DNA of 64,000 bases from the human T2T-CHM13v2.0 reference genome, Homo sapiens, in assembly GCF_009914755.1 (NCBI RefSeq), contig NC_060926.1; one strand, written 5' to 3'. How positions within the stretch are numbered: the first letter of the stretch is position 1; the number at the start of each line of letters is the position of its first letter. The translations under genes and the position numbers were made by a program. Shown piece after piece: positions 12,890 to 26,714 of this stretch. Below the pieces are notes generated by a model. It ran no database searches. It was not told where the DNA came from and worked only from the letters and a program-made list of their open reading frames with translations.

Positions 12890-13560
12890 GCACAGGCCAG
12901 AGACCGCATCCCGGATTCCAGACCCACGCGGCTGGAACAGGCTCCGCAAATTCTGCCAAACTATGCGAAGCATTCTTAGGTCCAGCTTCTTCTGAGAAAT
13001 CTCAAAATGGAGAGGACAAAGGCAAAGACAGTGAGTTTCCCAGGAAGCCCCAAAGCCCTGGCTTCCGCCCAAACTCGTTTGCGGCCCTGGGAGTCCGTGG
13101 TGGGGACGGAGAACGACGTGGCACTCCCTCTAGCGGCAAACGTCTCGCACAGAGCCCGGCATCTCTGCGGCCGGAGGCTCGCCTGCCGCATGCTCTCCTG
13201 CCAGGGCCACGCAGCCTGCCCTCCTCTCCCGGGGAGGGGAGATCTGCTCAGCAACTCCCCTGTGGCCATGGAAGAGGGGCTGTCGGGTGTCGGGGGAGGA
13301 GACCCCCCTCCGGCCTCAAAGCAATTCCCAGCCAGGCCTTCACAGCTGCATCCTGGCGCCTGGGAGGGAGGTCACCACGCTGCCTTCTGCCTTGATTAGG
13401 CCGGTAACAGTCAGGAAAGCCCTGGGGCTCACCCGAACCGAGCTGTCTACAGACAAATCACAGGCTCGGAGCTGCTTCACCAAGCCGAGCACAGTCTCCT
13501 GTTTCCAGCACTGACTTCCCAGGAAGCCTGGCCGGTTGCCCTGCGCGGTCCCCTCTGGAC
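12890..13560. promoter_or_regulatory. Weak CpG-enriched patch with CTCF-like motif (13121-13139, minus strand)
   Basis: More CpG than the flanks. The reverse complement TTGCCGCTAGAGGGAGTGC resembles the CTCF core. Confidence 0.45.
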
Positions 13561-14158
13561 CTTCTTCAGCCTCTGACACCCCTGCTAGGATTCCATGGTT
13601 GGCTCCTGTGCCCTCCACCCCATTCTTTGGGGACACATGTTCTTACGCATCTCTGTACCCCAGCAACCCGCACAGTAATTGTCTATTGAATTCATATAAG
13701 AATGAAGAAATAAAACAGTATTTGCTGTTACAAAAGATGTTTCTCCACACAGAGAGTTCTTCACCAGAATCCCCGGGAGGCTCTGCCTGCACCCAGGGAG
13801 CTCCATGAGGTCTTCACCGTGCTCCTCCCTTTGTTCCACCCTGTCCTGCCCCAACTAAACTTAGTTGCTTGAGGATAAAGGCTAAGTCTAATCCGTCTCT
13901 GGTCCAGAGTCCTGAAGAATGCTGAGAAACATTTAAGGGAGGGAGGAAGAGAGGGAAGGGGAAAGAGAGGGAGGATGGACCCTAATCAAAGTGGGCATTT
14001 GACACAAAGCCAATCTCCTTGGTCTGTTTAGCCAGTCTATCTGTCTTCAGAGAGCAAGGGTGCTCTTAACTCCATTAATTAATTAATTTTAATTGTAACA
14101 GTTTCACTGAAATATAATTCACATATCATTAGAATTTACCCATTTAAAATACAAGTCG

Positions 14159-14460
14159 ACTGGGCATGGTGGCTCACGCTTGTAATCCCAGCACTTTGGG
14201 AGGCCGAGGCGGGCAGATCACCCGAGGTCGGGAGTTCGAGAGCAGCCTGACCAGCATGGAGAAACCCCGTCTCTACTAAAAATACAAAATTAGCCTGGCG
14301 TGGTGGCACATGCCTGTAATCTCAGCTACTTGGGAGGCTGAGGCAGGAGAATCGCTTGAACCATGGAGTCGGAGGTTTTGGTGAACCGAGATTGCACCAT
14401 TGCGCTCCAGACTGGGCAACAAAAGCAAAACTCTGTCTCAGAAAATAAAATAGAATAAAA
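14159..14460 (+). mobile_element. AluS (Sp-like) SINE
   Basis: Full dimer with GGTCGGGAGTTC and CATGGAGAAACCCC. AAAATACAAGTC on both sides (TSD). Confidence 0.92.
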
Positions 14461-14781
14461 TACAAGTCGGTGGTTTTGAGTGTATTCAAAAAGTTGCACA
14501 TCCATCAACACCATTTCAGAACATTTTCATTACCTCCAAACATCCACTAGCAGTCGCTTCCCATTCCCTCCAAACCCCTCAGCCCTAGGCAACCACTTAT
14601 CTACTCTCTGTCTCTGGATTGGCCTATTCTGGACATTTCATAAAGTGGAATCTTACAATCTATGTTGTTTTGTGACTGGCTTCTTTCACTTAGCAGAATG
14701 TTTTCAAGGTTCTTCCATGGTGTCCATGTATCAGTACTCTATTTATTTTTATTGCCAAATATTATGTGATAAATACATGGG

Positions 14782-14870
14782 TTTTTTTGTTTTTTGTTTT
14801 GTTTTGAGATGGAGTCTCACTCTGTCTCCAGGGTAGAGTGCAGTGGTGCAATCTCGGCTCACTGCAACCT
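14782..14870 (-). mobile_element. 5'-truncated Alu (tail plus end of right arm)
   Basis: T-rich tail, GAGATGGAGTCTCACTCTGT...GGCTCACTGCAACCT. TACATG on both sides. Confidence 0.85.
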
Positions 14871-15084
14871 GTACATGTTATTTTTCCCCTCATTAGTTGA
14901 TAGACATTTGGGTTGTTTCCACTTTTTGGAATTATGAATAATTTTATTTTTATGATATTAAAAAAATTGTTTGAAGCTTTCCCTGCTTCCAAAGAGGATC
15001 TGGGGTAGTCTATCATAAAAATGGTAAAGACATAATAAAATCTTACACTATTCATATGGACATTAATATTTAATATTGAGCTTC

Positions 15085-15250
15085 CTTGGCTCACTGCAAC
15101 CTCTGCCTCCCGGGTTCAAGCGATTCTCCTGCCTTAGCCTCCCAACCAAGTAGCTGGGACTATAGGCACACGCCACCACACTCAGCTAATTTTTGTATTT
15201 TTAGTAGAGATGGAGTTTCACCATGTTGGCCAGGATAGTCTCGATCGCTT
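15085..15250 (-). mobile_element. Internal Alu fragment lacking both ends
   Basis: CTTGGCTCACTGCAACCTCTGCC...GGCCAGGATAGTCTCGATC. No tail and no TSD. Confidence 0.88.
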
Positions 15251-16260
15251 GGGGTATCATGGTGGATAAGACAAATACAGACTTGCCCTTTGGAACACAG
15301 GATCCAAGGAGGGAGCATGGCCCTAACCAAGCGGACAACTTGGTATTTCCAAAATGTGAAGTGCTGCAAGGAAAAGGAAGAGGGAGCTGCGATGAGGAAC
15401 CTCAAAGAAGGCAGAGAACATGCTCACATGAGTGGTCAGGGAAGCCCCAGGAAGGAGGTAGCTTGGAAGTTGAGACCCTAAGAAGGAGCCAGCCATGTAG
15501 TCAGAGGGAGGATGATATTTATGGCACAGGGAATCACATGAGCAAGAGCTCCAGGGTGAAAGGGAGCCTAGTGTGGTCCAGGAACAGGGAAAAGCATCGA
15601 GGCTCGACTGTGGGGAAAGGGCAGGAGGCACAAGACAGGGTCGCAGAGATCCACGGATGCCTCATGGATCAAGACAGGGAGCTGGAATTTTACTCAAGTA
15701 CAATAGGAATTCAATGAGAAGTTTTGGAAAGGAGAGTAATGAGAATCGATTTAAGTTTTGAAATGACTGTTGTGTGGAGACTGAATTGAAAAGCAAAAGA
15801 AGACACAGGAAACCCTGCTGGGAGGATTTCGTGTGTCCAGAAGGGATGCCTCTATGGGATGGCGGTCAAGTTGGAGAGAAGTGAGGAGACTCAACATATA
15901 TGGTGGAAGTAAAAAGAACCAGACTACCTGGGAAATTGCTTATGGGGCAGGAAAAAAACCTAAAGAAGAGGGAGGCATCACAGACAGCTTCCAGATTTTA
16001 GTTTATGGAACTAGATAAAAGACTGCACCAACTACTGAGGTGGAAAGAATGGAATGGGTTTGGAGAAAGATCCAGAGTTCTATTAGAGACACACCTGGCT
16101 TAAGTCGTGTGTGCAACACCCGCATGCAGCTGCCGAGCAGGCCACTGGATATAAGAGGCTAAAGCGCTGAGAGGAGGCCTTCCTGGAGATGCAAATTAGG
16201 GACTGTCAGAATCAGAGTGACATTTGCAGGCTTGGTTATGGAGGAGATCACCTGGGAAGA
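15251..16260 (-). mobile_element. L2 LINE fragment
   Basis: Purine-rich L2 reverse pattern (GTGGTCAGGGAAG, GGAATTTTACTC, CTGGAGATGCAAATTAGGGA, GGAGATCACCTGGG). Confidence 0.7.
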
Positions 16261-16470
16261 TCTTTGAAGCTTATGAAGCGATCTTCCCAGGTACCAAATC
16301 AATAAGCCAGTTCTGCCCGTTTGGAGGGAGAAAAAAAATCCCAGATGAGTCTAGCCTTTTGGTGTGTGTAAATTAATGAGTTTGATGGAGCCACGTTTTC
16401 TCCAGTCAGTTATGGCTTTGTTTCCATGCATGCCCACACAGATACACAAAACAGCACTCATGACCCCCAA

Positions 16471-16753
16471 GGAGCCAGGCCCTCACCAAGTAGACAACTC
16501 AGTCCTTCCAAAATGTGAAGTGCTACAAGGAAAAGGAAGAAGGAGATGCAATGAGGAACCTCAAAGTGGGCAGAGAACATGCTCACATGAGTGGTCAGGG
16601 AAGCCCCAGCAAGGAGGTGACTTGGAAGTTGAGACTCTTAAGAAGGAGCCAGCCATGTGGTCAGAGGGAGGATGATATTTATGGCACAAGGAATGGCATG
16701 AGCAAGAGCTCCAGGGTGAAAAAGAGCCGGGTGTGGTCCAGGAACTGGGAAAG
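16471..16753 (+). repeat. Local direct duplicate of 15312-15593 (~280 bp of the L2)
   Basis: Long identical blocks, e.g. GGCAGAGAACATGCTCACATGAGTGGTCAGGGAAGCCCCAG and GTCAGAGGGAGGATGATATTTATGGCACA, in both copies. Confidence 0.95.
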
Positions 16754-17013
16754 AAGGAGACTTGGGCAGGCAGCTACACTCGGGTCAGCAAGGGAGTTAG
16801 CCCCCAACATGGGAAGAAATGTTCCGATCCAGCAGTTAGATTGTCTGTCAACAGGCTACCACTGCAGCAGAAATGTTGTTGTGGCACAACCACTACCAAC
16901 CACCAATGCAGACTGCAGTGATGCTCTCAAGACTATTTAAGAAGGCGAGAGATTAAGCTACCTGGATTCACACTCAGCTGCAGAGGCAAAGGAAGAAGCT
17001 CCATCCATATGTC

Positions 17014-17680
<667 letters not shown>

Positions 17681-20472
17681 TCATCATCCTCATCGTCATC
17701 CTCATCACCATCACTCTGCTAATAAAAAGCTTGTTTTGTCCACCAAAACCTACAGAAAACTTCCCAAGTTTTATTTTTCTGGAAAATCAACATTTACTAA
17801 AGAATTTGCTCAGGACCCCCTGAAGAAAGATAGTATATTGCTGTATTTCTGAGACATGATTCTATTTTTTGATGATTTTACCAGAAAACCTGGGTAAAAA
17901 ATAAAAGACTTCTCAAGAATCCCATTCCACAGGTAAAGACAATGCTAACTTCTGCTGTTTGTGAACGGGGTGACTTGGCCTTCTCTCTCTGCCACAGAGA
18001 CCCTGTGATGGGGGGAGTGTGGGCTGCCAGCACAAGCTGAGCTAGGGGAGGAGAAATTAGCAGGGATTTGGCTTTGTCCAGTCGTTTCTCAATGATGAGG
18101 GTGATTCAGATATACAAGAACTAGTGTCAGTTGGGTTTTAGTTTATGGAGGGAAAGAAAGATGCCATCCATTACCCAGTTGTCTGTTATTGATCATGATG
18201 ATGGCCCAACGCCCAAGGTGGACGGCAGGAGCACAGGGAAGAGAGGGACACCCTGGCCTCATCTCAGGAAAGCCAAAGCACAACGGAGGCCAAGACGGGG
18301 CCCAGCAGAGCCAGCAGCAGAACTAGCCTGCGAGCACTTAAGGCCAAGTGCTTCCGAATCCAGCATGGCAGGCAGGAGTCCTGCGGGGAGGCAGCACTGC
18401 AGGATTCCAGAGGCAAGCCCCAGAGGGGTGAAGACCTGGGGTTGAGAGGGCCCTGGATGATTCTGAGAGAGGATGGAGGGTGCATCGCCAGCAGGAAGGG
18501 GCTGAGCAAAGCTCCAAAGCTGGAAGGTAGCGGTGCATTTTGGGGCAGCAAGGAGAGCAAGGTGGGGAGGGCCCAGAAGGGAAGGGTGGGACACAGCAGG
18601 TGGAACAATGAGGGGAGCGCCCGGAGGAGGGACAGAGAGGAGCAAAGGCTCCTGTCCTCAGGCAGAAACCCATCTGACCTGAAGCCATGTGGCTGTATCT
18701 TTTCCACCCTAGGACCCCACCAGGAGCCCCTCAACAGGCCCAGATGAACTCTGTTCTGACTCCACATTCAATCTTCAAACACAGGAATGTGGCCATAGAC
18801 AAACTGGTTTAAGTTTTAATGTAACCCGCCAAACCAATTCCCAGGGAGAACTGATTCTTATAAAGTCTTGGCATTTACCACCCACTATTCATCTTTATTT
18901 TAAAAGATCCTAAGAAGTCCACAAATTACAGGGTGCAGAATACCTCAGGCTCTATCTGTTTACTCATGGGTTGGCCCTAAATTAACAGAAACTTGTTGTT
19001 TTACTTAAAAACATTCTGAAGAGTGTTCTTTCAGGATTTCCTGGCTTAACTGCATGTAAAGAGAGATTCAGAAATGAAAATAGTAAATATGAAAACTTAT
19101 CCATTACTTACCAACCCAGTCTTTGGCAAATTTCTATTGTAAGTGGGCTGGGCCCCTAAGAAAAGCTGAGGCTGGAAAAGTGGCCTGAGGCCTTGAGGTC
19201 ACTCCTGTGGCTTGACTGCAGTTTATGCTGTGGCCAAGTGGAGAAGGGAGATGGCCCAGCCAGGCACAGCTGGGGCTTCAGAGAAGTCATCCAAAGTCCA
19301 GGGGGCTTGTCAATCAATGCTGATTGACACTGATGTTATAAAGTGCCATGATATTCTAGAAGTGACACGGAAAAAAATGGAATTACTTTGGAAATGTAAT
19401 TTCACTCAACCAGTTTTTTTCCCTTTTCCCTGAATCTCTTCTTCCAGACTAGAATAAAAAAGTGTGCTGCCCAGAGAAGGTGGAGGAGGACAGTGATGAA
19501 GGTCACAGAGTTTAGAAGCAGAATATGACATAAAGATGCTCCCAGCTAACCAAAAACAAAATAGAAGATCCTTCCACTGCTAGTGGAAGAGCCAGGAGAG
19601 AGAAAATGAAAGGGAAAGAGGTCAGATAGGAATTTCTGGCTCTCTCCAGTGGTTGCAACCTCTGGGGGTAGAAAAGAAATTGATAGTGTCAGACAGGTTT
19701 GCAGGGAAAGGCCAGCACATAGCTGCTTACGCCTGGCTTCCCTGCATATCCCAGGAAAATCAGAGGGGCCTCAAAAAAACCTTCTGTTGGGCAAGGTGTC
19801 TACCACGATACAGGGTGGCAAATTAGAAATGACCGAGGGAGTGGTCTGGGTGGCCACAGACAACATCCCCCCTACTGTCCTCCTATCCTAGGAGTGCGAC
19901 ATAGGAATCTAGAAGCTCCCTCATGCCAAGCTCCCAAGATCATTCACCAAGCTGGGCCTGCACTAAGAAAACAGACTACAGGATCCACCCAGCAGTGGGC
20001 ACTTCAGTGGTGGAGCTAGCGAGGACAGAGCTGCCCTGGGACAAGCAGGGGTGAGCAGGTCAGCCAGAGGACAGCTCCCAGGCAGGCAAGCCCATCAAAG
20101 CCAGGAGACAGAAAGACGCCTTGAACCCAGACATCCTCTTGGGAAAGTGGGGCAGGAGGAGAACAGCCTGCTTGAGAGAGGAATCACAGACCTGAAAAAG
20201 AATATGAATTTTCATTGGTTTATGATTTACTGGGTCATGAGGGCTCTTTTAAACTAGAAGAAAGAATGCTACCTTCCCTTGTCAAGGCAAAAGACAGTTT
20301 TTGGTGGTAGTGCTGGTAGTGGTATTTGTGTTTTTGTTATCATTGCTATTTTTCCTGCCATCAGCAAGAAAGTAAGATCAAACCAGTTCGGGAAGATTAA
20401 AACAGCAACGTTTTTCTGCATATGCCAATATTTAACTGCTAAATTTGAGCCCCCCTACAACCTATAATTGTC

Positions 20473-20766
<294 letters not shown>

Positions 20767-22614
20767 CCTACAACTATCTAAAGGGTCTCTAAGGAATAGG
20801 CACACACAGCAGATGGACTCTCAAGACAGTGGCAACTCACAAAGTCCAGCTGGTAGCAGCCACTTCATCCCAGTGTGAGTCCAGCTTTGTTGAAGGAAGA
20901 CTCTAGCAGCAGCCACAGCTGAAGGACAGGGCCCAGCACTTAGCAGAGTGGCCTGCAAGGGCTGGAAAGGATGTCCAGCACCAACTAAGTGTTCAATCCA
21001 AGGAGAAATGAGGTTCTGGGCAGGAAAACCAGTGCAGACTACCCAGCTTCTGGTCTGGAGTGGCTTGCTGAAGGTTTCATGGAAGACATTAACTCAGGGG
21101 ATTGTCCTCTGCTGGACATTCTCAGCAAGAATAACTTCAGCCCGCCTGCTGCCCTATAACCCACCCGCCTGACCAGGCTTGACTTCTTGGGGAACCACGG
21201 CTGCTCATTCTCCAAAGATGCCAGCCTCATTGCTCTCCCACTTCACACAATGAGAAGAGATAATGGACTCAAAAGCACGTCACGAACTGCAAAGGGCCAC
21301 ACAAAAGCTGGCATGGTTATTAATATTAGCCGTGTTTCTTTTTCTCCAAGAGAGGGAGATGGCAGCATTTATGTGTTGGTAAATCTCGAAAGGCGTCCTG
21401 CCTGGGCCTTCTTCTCCTTCCGTCCTTTGGCCTGTGAACTTCTCAGTCCGACCCAATGAGTCATTCTGATGGCCGTGTTGTTCTTTATCATAAACAAACA
21501 GTTCATGCCTGTCTCAGCGCCCAGGACACAGGAGGCCTTTATTCAGTACCTACTGGTGGAACTGAACAGAACTAAAAGAGACGCTACTCTTGTACTGATG
21601 TGAAAACGCCTGGGCAAGCAGTATTCTGACCACAAGCAGGTACTTCATGAGACAGCATTTCATCATTTGTCTGTGAACCTTACCTCTGGAGTGTTCCGGA
21701 GGGCAGGACCCATTTCTTCTGCATATCTCAAACCACCGGCGTCCATCCCAGGCCTCCAGCCTTGTTTGGTGAAGGAGTGTTCAATCGATCATCCGAGTGA
21801 TTGCTCAATTGAAGATATGTTAGTCAAAATCCATAAATCAATCCATGGGCCCACATCCCAGGTATTGCAGTAGAGGTGTGGGGCTGAGGGCCAGGATACC
21901 ACAGTTCTGGCTCTTAACTGCCACAGGTTTAATGTGTGGCTTTGGAAAAGTTGCCTCCCTTCTTTAGGCTCTTGTTTTTTCATCTGTAAATTCAGGAAAG
22001 AGGATTTTTAAAATCTTTTGAGTATGTGAATCCATATTCTGTGATTTTTATCTACCCCCCGCCCCCCGACTCTCCTAGGCAAGGCGAACAAAACCAAACC
22101 AGATAAAATCATCTCCAACAATTTCACACAAAAAAAGAGCTGCCCTCTTCTTAATGAGATTCCAGTGAGGTTAAGACTGGTTTTCATTAGATTCTGCAGT
22201 TGTTTAACGCCATTAGAATGTTGTTTGTAGAATGATTTTCAAATGTGAGTAAAATGTAAGTAAATGATTCATTTAAATCTGAATCCAAAGAGGTGACAAG
22301 GCCACTAGGAGGCCCCAGCACGTGGTCAAGCAGGAGAGGGAGGGGCAGCAGGAAATGGACCCAGGGCACGAGGGGTTGCATCAGAAGACTTGTCACGCGC
22401 AGCCTCGAGGGTGGGAGCAAAGAACAGAGGCTGATGAATCCGGGCCTCTGACTCTAACGGCAGCAACCTATGAGTCCCTCTAATTCACGTGAAATCCTAA
22501 TTTTCAAAAAATAGCAACACAATTCATGTCAAAATTTTACTCGGCATAGCTTAATCTTGAATCTTTGATGATTTGAAATCATGCAACTTTCAATTATTGT
22601 GGCACATGCAGGTT

Positions 22615-22617
<3 letters not shown>

Positions 22618-22650
<33 letters not shown>

Positions 22651-22669
22651 GACACACACACACACACAC
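22618..22669. repeat. (CA)n microsatellite with GACA interruptions
   Basis: Read directly. Confidence 0.97.
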
Positions 22670-22829
22670 TTCTCCCTCCCTCTCTAGAAATCATTAGACG
22701 TTTTGGTCTTAATGATGTGGAGAAATAAAAAAAAGCACTAGACTTGAGCTGCTACCCAGACTCTGCCATGAGAGGCCATAGTGCAATGTCTGGAATGCAG
22801 TGTGAGTGCATGCCCAGCGAATGTTAGCA

Positions 22830-22860
<31 letters not shown>

Positions 22861-22886
22861 CGATGATGATGATGGAGATGTTGATG
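22830..22886. repeat. (ATG/GAT)n trinucleotide microsatellite
   Basis: About 10 pure units followed by degenerate units. Confidence 0.95.
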
Positions 22887-23284
22887 GCAATGTTTACAAC
22901 TATGACTGAAGAAGTACAGAAGTACCAGGGACACCCAACTCAGACTAGAAGTTAGTGAGCCCTCTCTGGAGGGAGTGACATTTTGGCCAAGCAAAGAGGA
23001 GAGAAGGGGCCCACTCACATGCAGGCCAGGGTGGCTGTGCATTTCTGCCAGCAGAACTCGCCATGGGCGTCACCCTAACCTGGTGACTGAGTGCTCCTCC
23101 TAGCAGCTGTCTCTGTCCAAAATTTTGACTTCGGCCCTTCTTGCCCCATTTCTAGGCTCACCTCACCTTCCCCACTTGACTGCCAGCAGTGCTGAATGTG
23201 TGCTCCCTGGAAGCAGTTTTTAAAAATAAATCTTTGAGGTGAGTTTGTTTCCTGGGCATCTGTCTCTTTCTCCAATAGCAACTC

Positions 23285-23690
23285 ATTTAATCATGAACAG
23301 CCTTGCAAAGTTAGCAACATTAGCATCCTCACCGTACATGTAAAATGGTTAGGAGTGCCATGAGCTGGATAACTGAATACTCATCTAAAGAAGAGGAAAC
23401 TGAGGCATGTGTAGGTGAAGTATGTTGCCCATGTTGATATAGCCTAGAGTAAGTTGCAGGGCTGAGGTATAAACCCAATTCTGTCTGTCTCCTAAGTCTG
23501 TAAGTTACAACAACGTCTCATTCTCAACACCTTTTATTCCAAGGATTTCAGGCTGTCTTGCCTGCAAAGCTGTGAGCTCTGCAAGGTCAGAGACATTGCC
23601 TGTTTTGCTCACTGCTGTATCCCTTAGCACAGTACTTAGCTAGGGTATCGAGCAGTGTCTCAATAAATATTTGTTGAATGAATATATAAT
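23285..23690. mobile_element. MIR (minus) followed by an L2 3' end (plus)
   Basis: GAGGAAACTGAGGCA...GGTGAAG MIR core. CTGTGAGCTCTGCAAGGTCAGAGAC...CTCAATAAATATTTGTTGAATGAAT L2 tail. Confidence 0.65.
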
Positions 23691-26307
23691 GCCATCTACC
23701 TTAGGAGGTGATAAAGGGAAGCAAATATGTTTCTGTGGTGCTTAAATTATATATCTATGAAAGTAAAAGGTATTTGAAGTACAGTTTTTAGCAACTAAAT
23801 TAGGTTCTGAACAAGAAACAGCAGCCCTCCAAGTCTCCATACAGAGGGGACTCAATAACAACTTATTGGTATTACACATGATGAAGAAGCTGGGGAGAGA
23901 GCAGTGGTGCCAGGTGCTCTATAGATGAGCACGGCAAGAAGCTACTACCACCCTTTGGATGGAGGAACAAAGAAGAGCCACAAAGTTGCCCAGGTCAGGT
24001 GGCTGGGGTCACCTGGTAGGTAGACAGTGAGTCCATCCACAAGGAGCTGGGGCCATGGACATTGCTGCTTCTGCCTAGGACTCCATCTAAGGCAAGGAGA
24101 AAAGGAGAGAAATGCACCAGCTTCTCCCTGCTTCTTGCTGTCAAGTCTCCTTCCAGTGCTTTTCATTGCCCAAACCAGCCAGGAGTCCACAGACAGGGTA
24201 GTCTGGAAAAGCATCCAACCTATGCAACTGCCTGTGACATGGAGCTGAGCAGGGGAGGGGAGGAAACCGGCTCAGGACAGCACAGAGGTGGATTCTGAAC
24301 CTAAGATTTGAAAACCATCACGTGGAAAAGGAAGGGTCAGAGTTTTTCAGACGTTTCTTATACGACAGTATATTGTATTCAGGAATATCCAGAGGAGGAT
24401 GTTTTGGACAAATTGGGGAAGTGGCCACCTCTGGCTTTGAAATTCCCAGCTGAAATGGGTGAATGATGCAGGTTTGGGAAGGGGGAGCAGGTGCAGCGTG
24501 AGATGCTTTCTCATTCTTCATTCCACTGGGATGTTGGTCCCCATGAGACCCACTGCCCCGGGCCCTTGCCTGTCCACAAAGACAGCCTGAGCCTGGTCCC
24601 TTTAGCTCCCTCCTGCTTAAGAACTGGCTCCACAGCCACAAGGCTAACTGACTTAGCAGAGCAAGTTCTATGGCCCCAAGTAAAGACCTCTAGCTCAGAG
24701 CAGGCTAAATGTCTCATTTCACCAATGTTCCCCAGTCCAAGTCATGGAAGATAGATTGACCACCAGAGCAGTAAAGACCCCGTGAGCTTGCCTGGTACTA
24801 ACCCACTCTCTGCCTCTACCTACCTCCTATTCCAAATGCAGACACTAAGGGCCAGAGATTGAAAGAGGCTGGACCACAGTCACATGGCTCCCAGGGGAGG
24901 AGGGGCAGATATGTGTGTGTGTATGCTTGAAACTGAATGTTTCACAATGTAAAAGTGAAAGACTATAAAACCTTGAAAGTTGGAGAATTGGTGTTATGGT
25001 AAACTGAGTGATTTGATTCAAAATGATCAGACTTGGCACATTAATCTCAATTTTAAAATATTTATAGTAAATACATACAAATCTTACTCAACAGAGCTTA
25101 ACAATTTATTTTTGATGATGCTAAAGACACCAAAGACCTTGCCAGCCCTCCGTTGGGGATGCCTCAAAAAGATGCAGGAGATATAGCTAAATGTGTGATG
25201 GCCTCAGGACATGTCCTGGAAACCACTTTTAAAAATAAATCTCTGGAGACTTTGCCTTCTGTCTATGACAGAGTAGCTTGTGTCAGGTTAACCATCCTGC
25301 AGAGAACAACTATAAAAGCTAAATATATTTCAAAAAACAGCTGTTAAGAGTCATCAGAGAGTAACAAAGGCAGCCAGGACTTTAGGGGCCAAGATCCTGG
25401 AGTGAAGGGAAATGCAGTGAGTAAATCCTCCATTTCCCCCACGTTTTCCCCTCAGGGCATTTGCTGGCTCTCAAAGGATGTCATTGAGACAGAGCAGAAA
25501 CATTGGCCTAGACCTGCAGCAGCCTTGCTAATCTGGACAGACAAAAATTAGAGTTCAAAGCTACCAAAGTGACCAGAACAATGGGGACCCTTATCCTGGA
25601 GAAATAGGCCATATAGAAATGAGCTAGGCATTCTGTGTATGACTCCCCCTCAAGGGATTTTCTCATTCCTCACATTGCATTTGATGGGCAAGAGACCGGG
25701 AAACTAAGCCGTAAACAGGCTGGAAACCCAGCAGAGTTTGAACAATCTCAAAGTGATGGGGAGAAAAAATATTGAATTTCAGGGCCCACCAAGAAGGAGA
25801 GATGTTGGTAAATAGCCTAGATTTTCCGTTGAGACAACAGAAGGATTATACAGTAGATGGACACTAAGAGTAAAACCAAGCCAGACATAGACCATCCCTC
25901 ACAAAGCCTAAAACTCAGTCTCTAAATATCTCAATTTGTGATTAGATCAAGGTGATTTGCCCCCTCTTTAACTGTTGCTGGGGAAAAAATAAACACCTCT
26001 GTAAAGGAAAGCAACATTATCTGGAGCCTCAGCGATATTTCATTCGCAATATCCAGTATTCAGTCAAAAATCACCCAGTATTCCAGGGGATATGAAATGA
26101 AGCCAAGTTTGAAAAGGAGAGAGACTTTAAAAAGAGACGTATAGGTGGCCCAGGTACTAGGGTTAACAAACAAAGACTGTATTAATAGTTTATTAATATG
26201 AATAAATATTTTCATCAAAAAATAGATTAAAAGGTAGAGAATTGGAATCTAAGAAGAAACCCATAGGAACTGAGAAAGACAATAACTAAAATTAAAAATT
26301 CAACAGA

Positions 26308-26714
26308 AGTCGAGTGCAGTGGCTCACGCCTATAACCCCAGGACTCTGGGAGGCCCAGGGAGGATGACTGCTTGATGCCAGGAGTTCAAGACCAGCCTGG
26401 GCAATATACTGAGACCCTCATCTCTATTTATTTTTAAATTTAAAAATTAGCTGAGTGTGGTGGCACACACCTGTAGTCCTAGCTTTTGGGGAGGCTGAGG
26501 CGGGAGGACTGCTTGAGCCCAGGAGTTCAAGACTGAAATGACCTATGATTTCACCACTGTACTCCAGCCTGGGTGACACAGCAAGACCCTGTCTTGAAGG
26601 AAAGAGAGAGAGAGAGAGAAGAGAGGGAGGGAGGGAGGGAGGAAGGAAGGAAGGAGAGAGAGAGGAAAGAAGGAAGGAAGGAAGGAAGGAAAGAAAGAAA
26701 GAAAGAAAGAAGGA
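26308..26714 (+). mobile_element. AluJ whose tail is a GA/GGGA/GGAA/GAAA purine microsatellite (26597-26714)
   Basis: J-type Alu. TSD AAATTCAACAGA / AAATTCAATAGA. Confidence 0.9.

Larger units (their letters stand above)
14085..14942 (-). mobile_element. L1M (L1MB-like) 3' end, interrupted by Alus
   Basis: AATATAATTCACATATCAT...CCCTAGGCAACCACTTATCTACT...CTGGCTTCTTTCACTTAGCA...GACATTTGGGTTGTTTCCAC, the L1 3' end in reverse. Confidence 0.8.

Noticed and set aside
21780-21813. Imperfect hairpin TTCAATCGATCA...TGCTCAATTGAA as a possible miRNA
   Set aside because: Too short and mismatched for a pre-miRNA.
22824-23042. ORF ending in poly-His
   Set aside because: Translation of the (GAT)n microsatellite.
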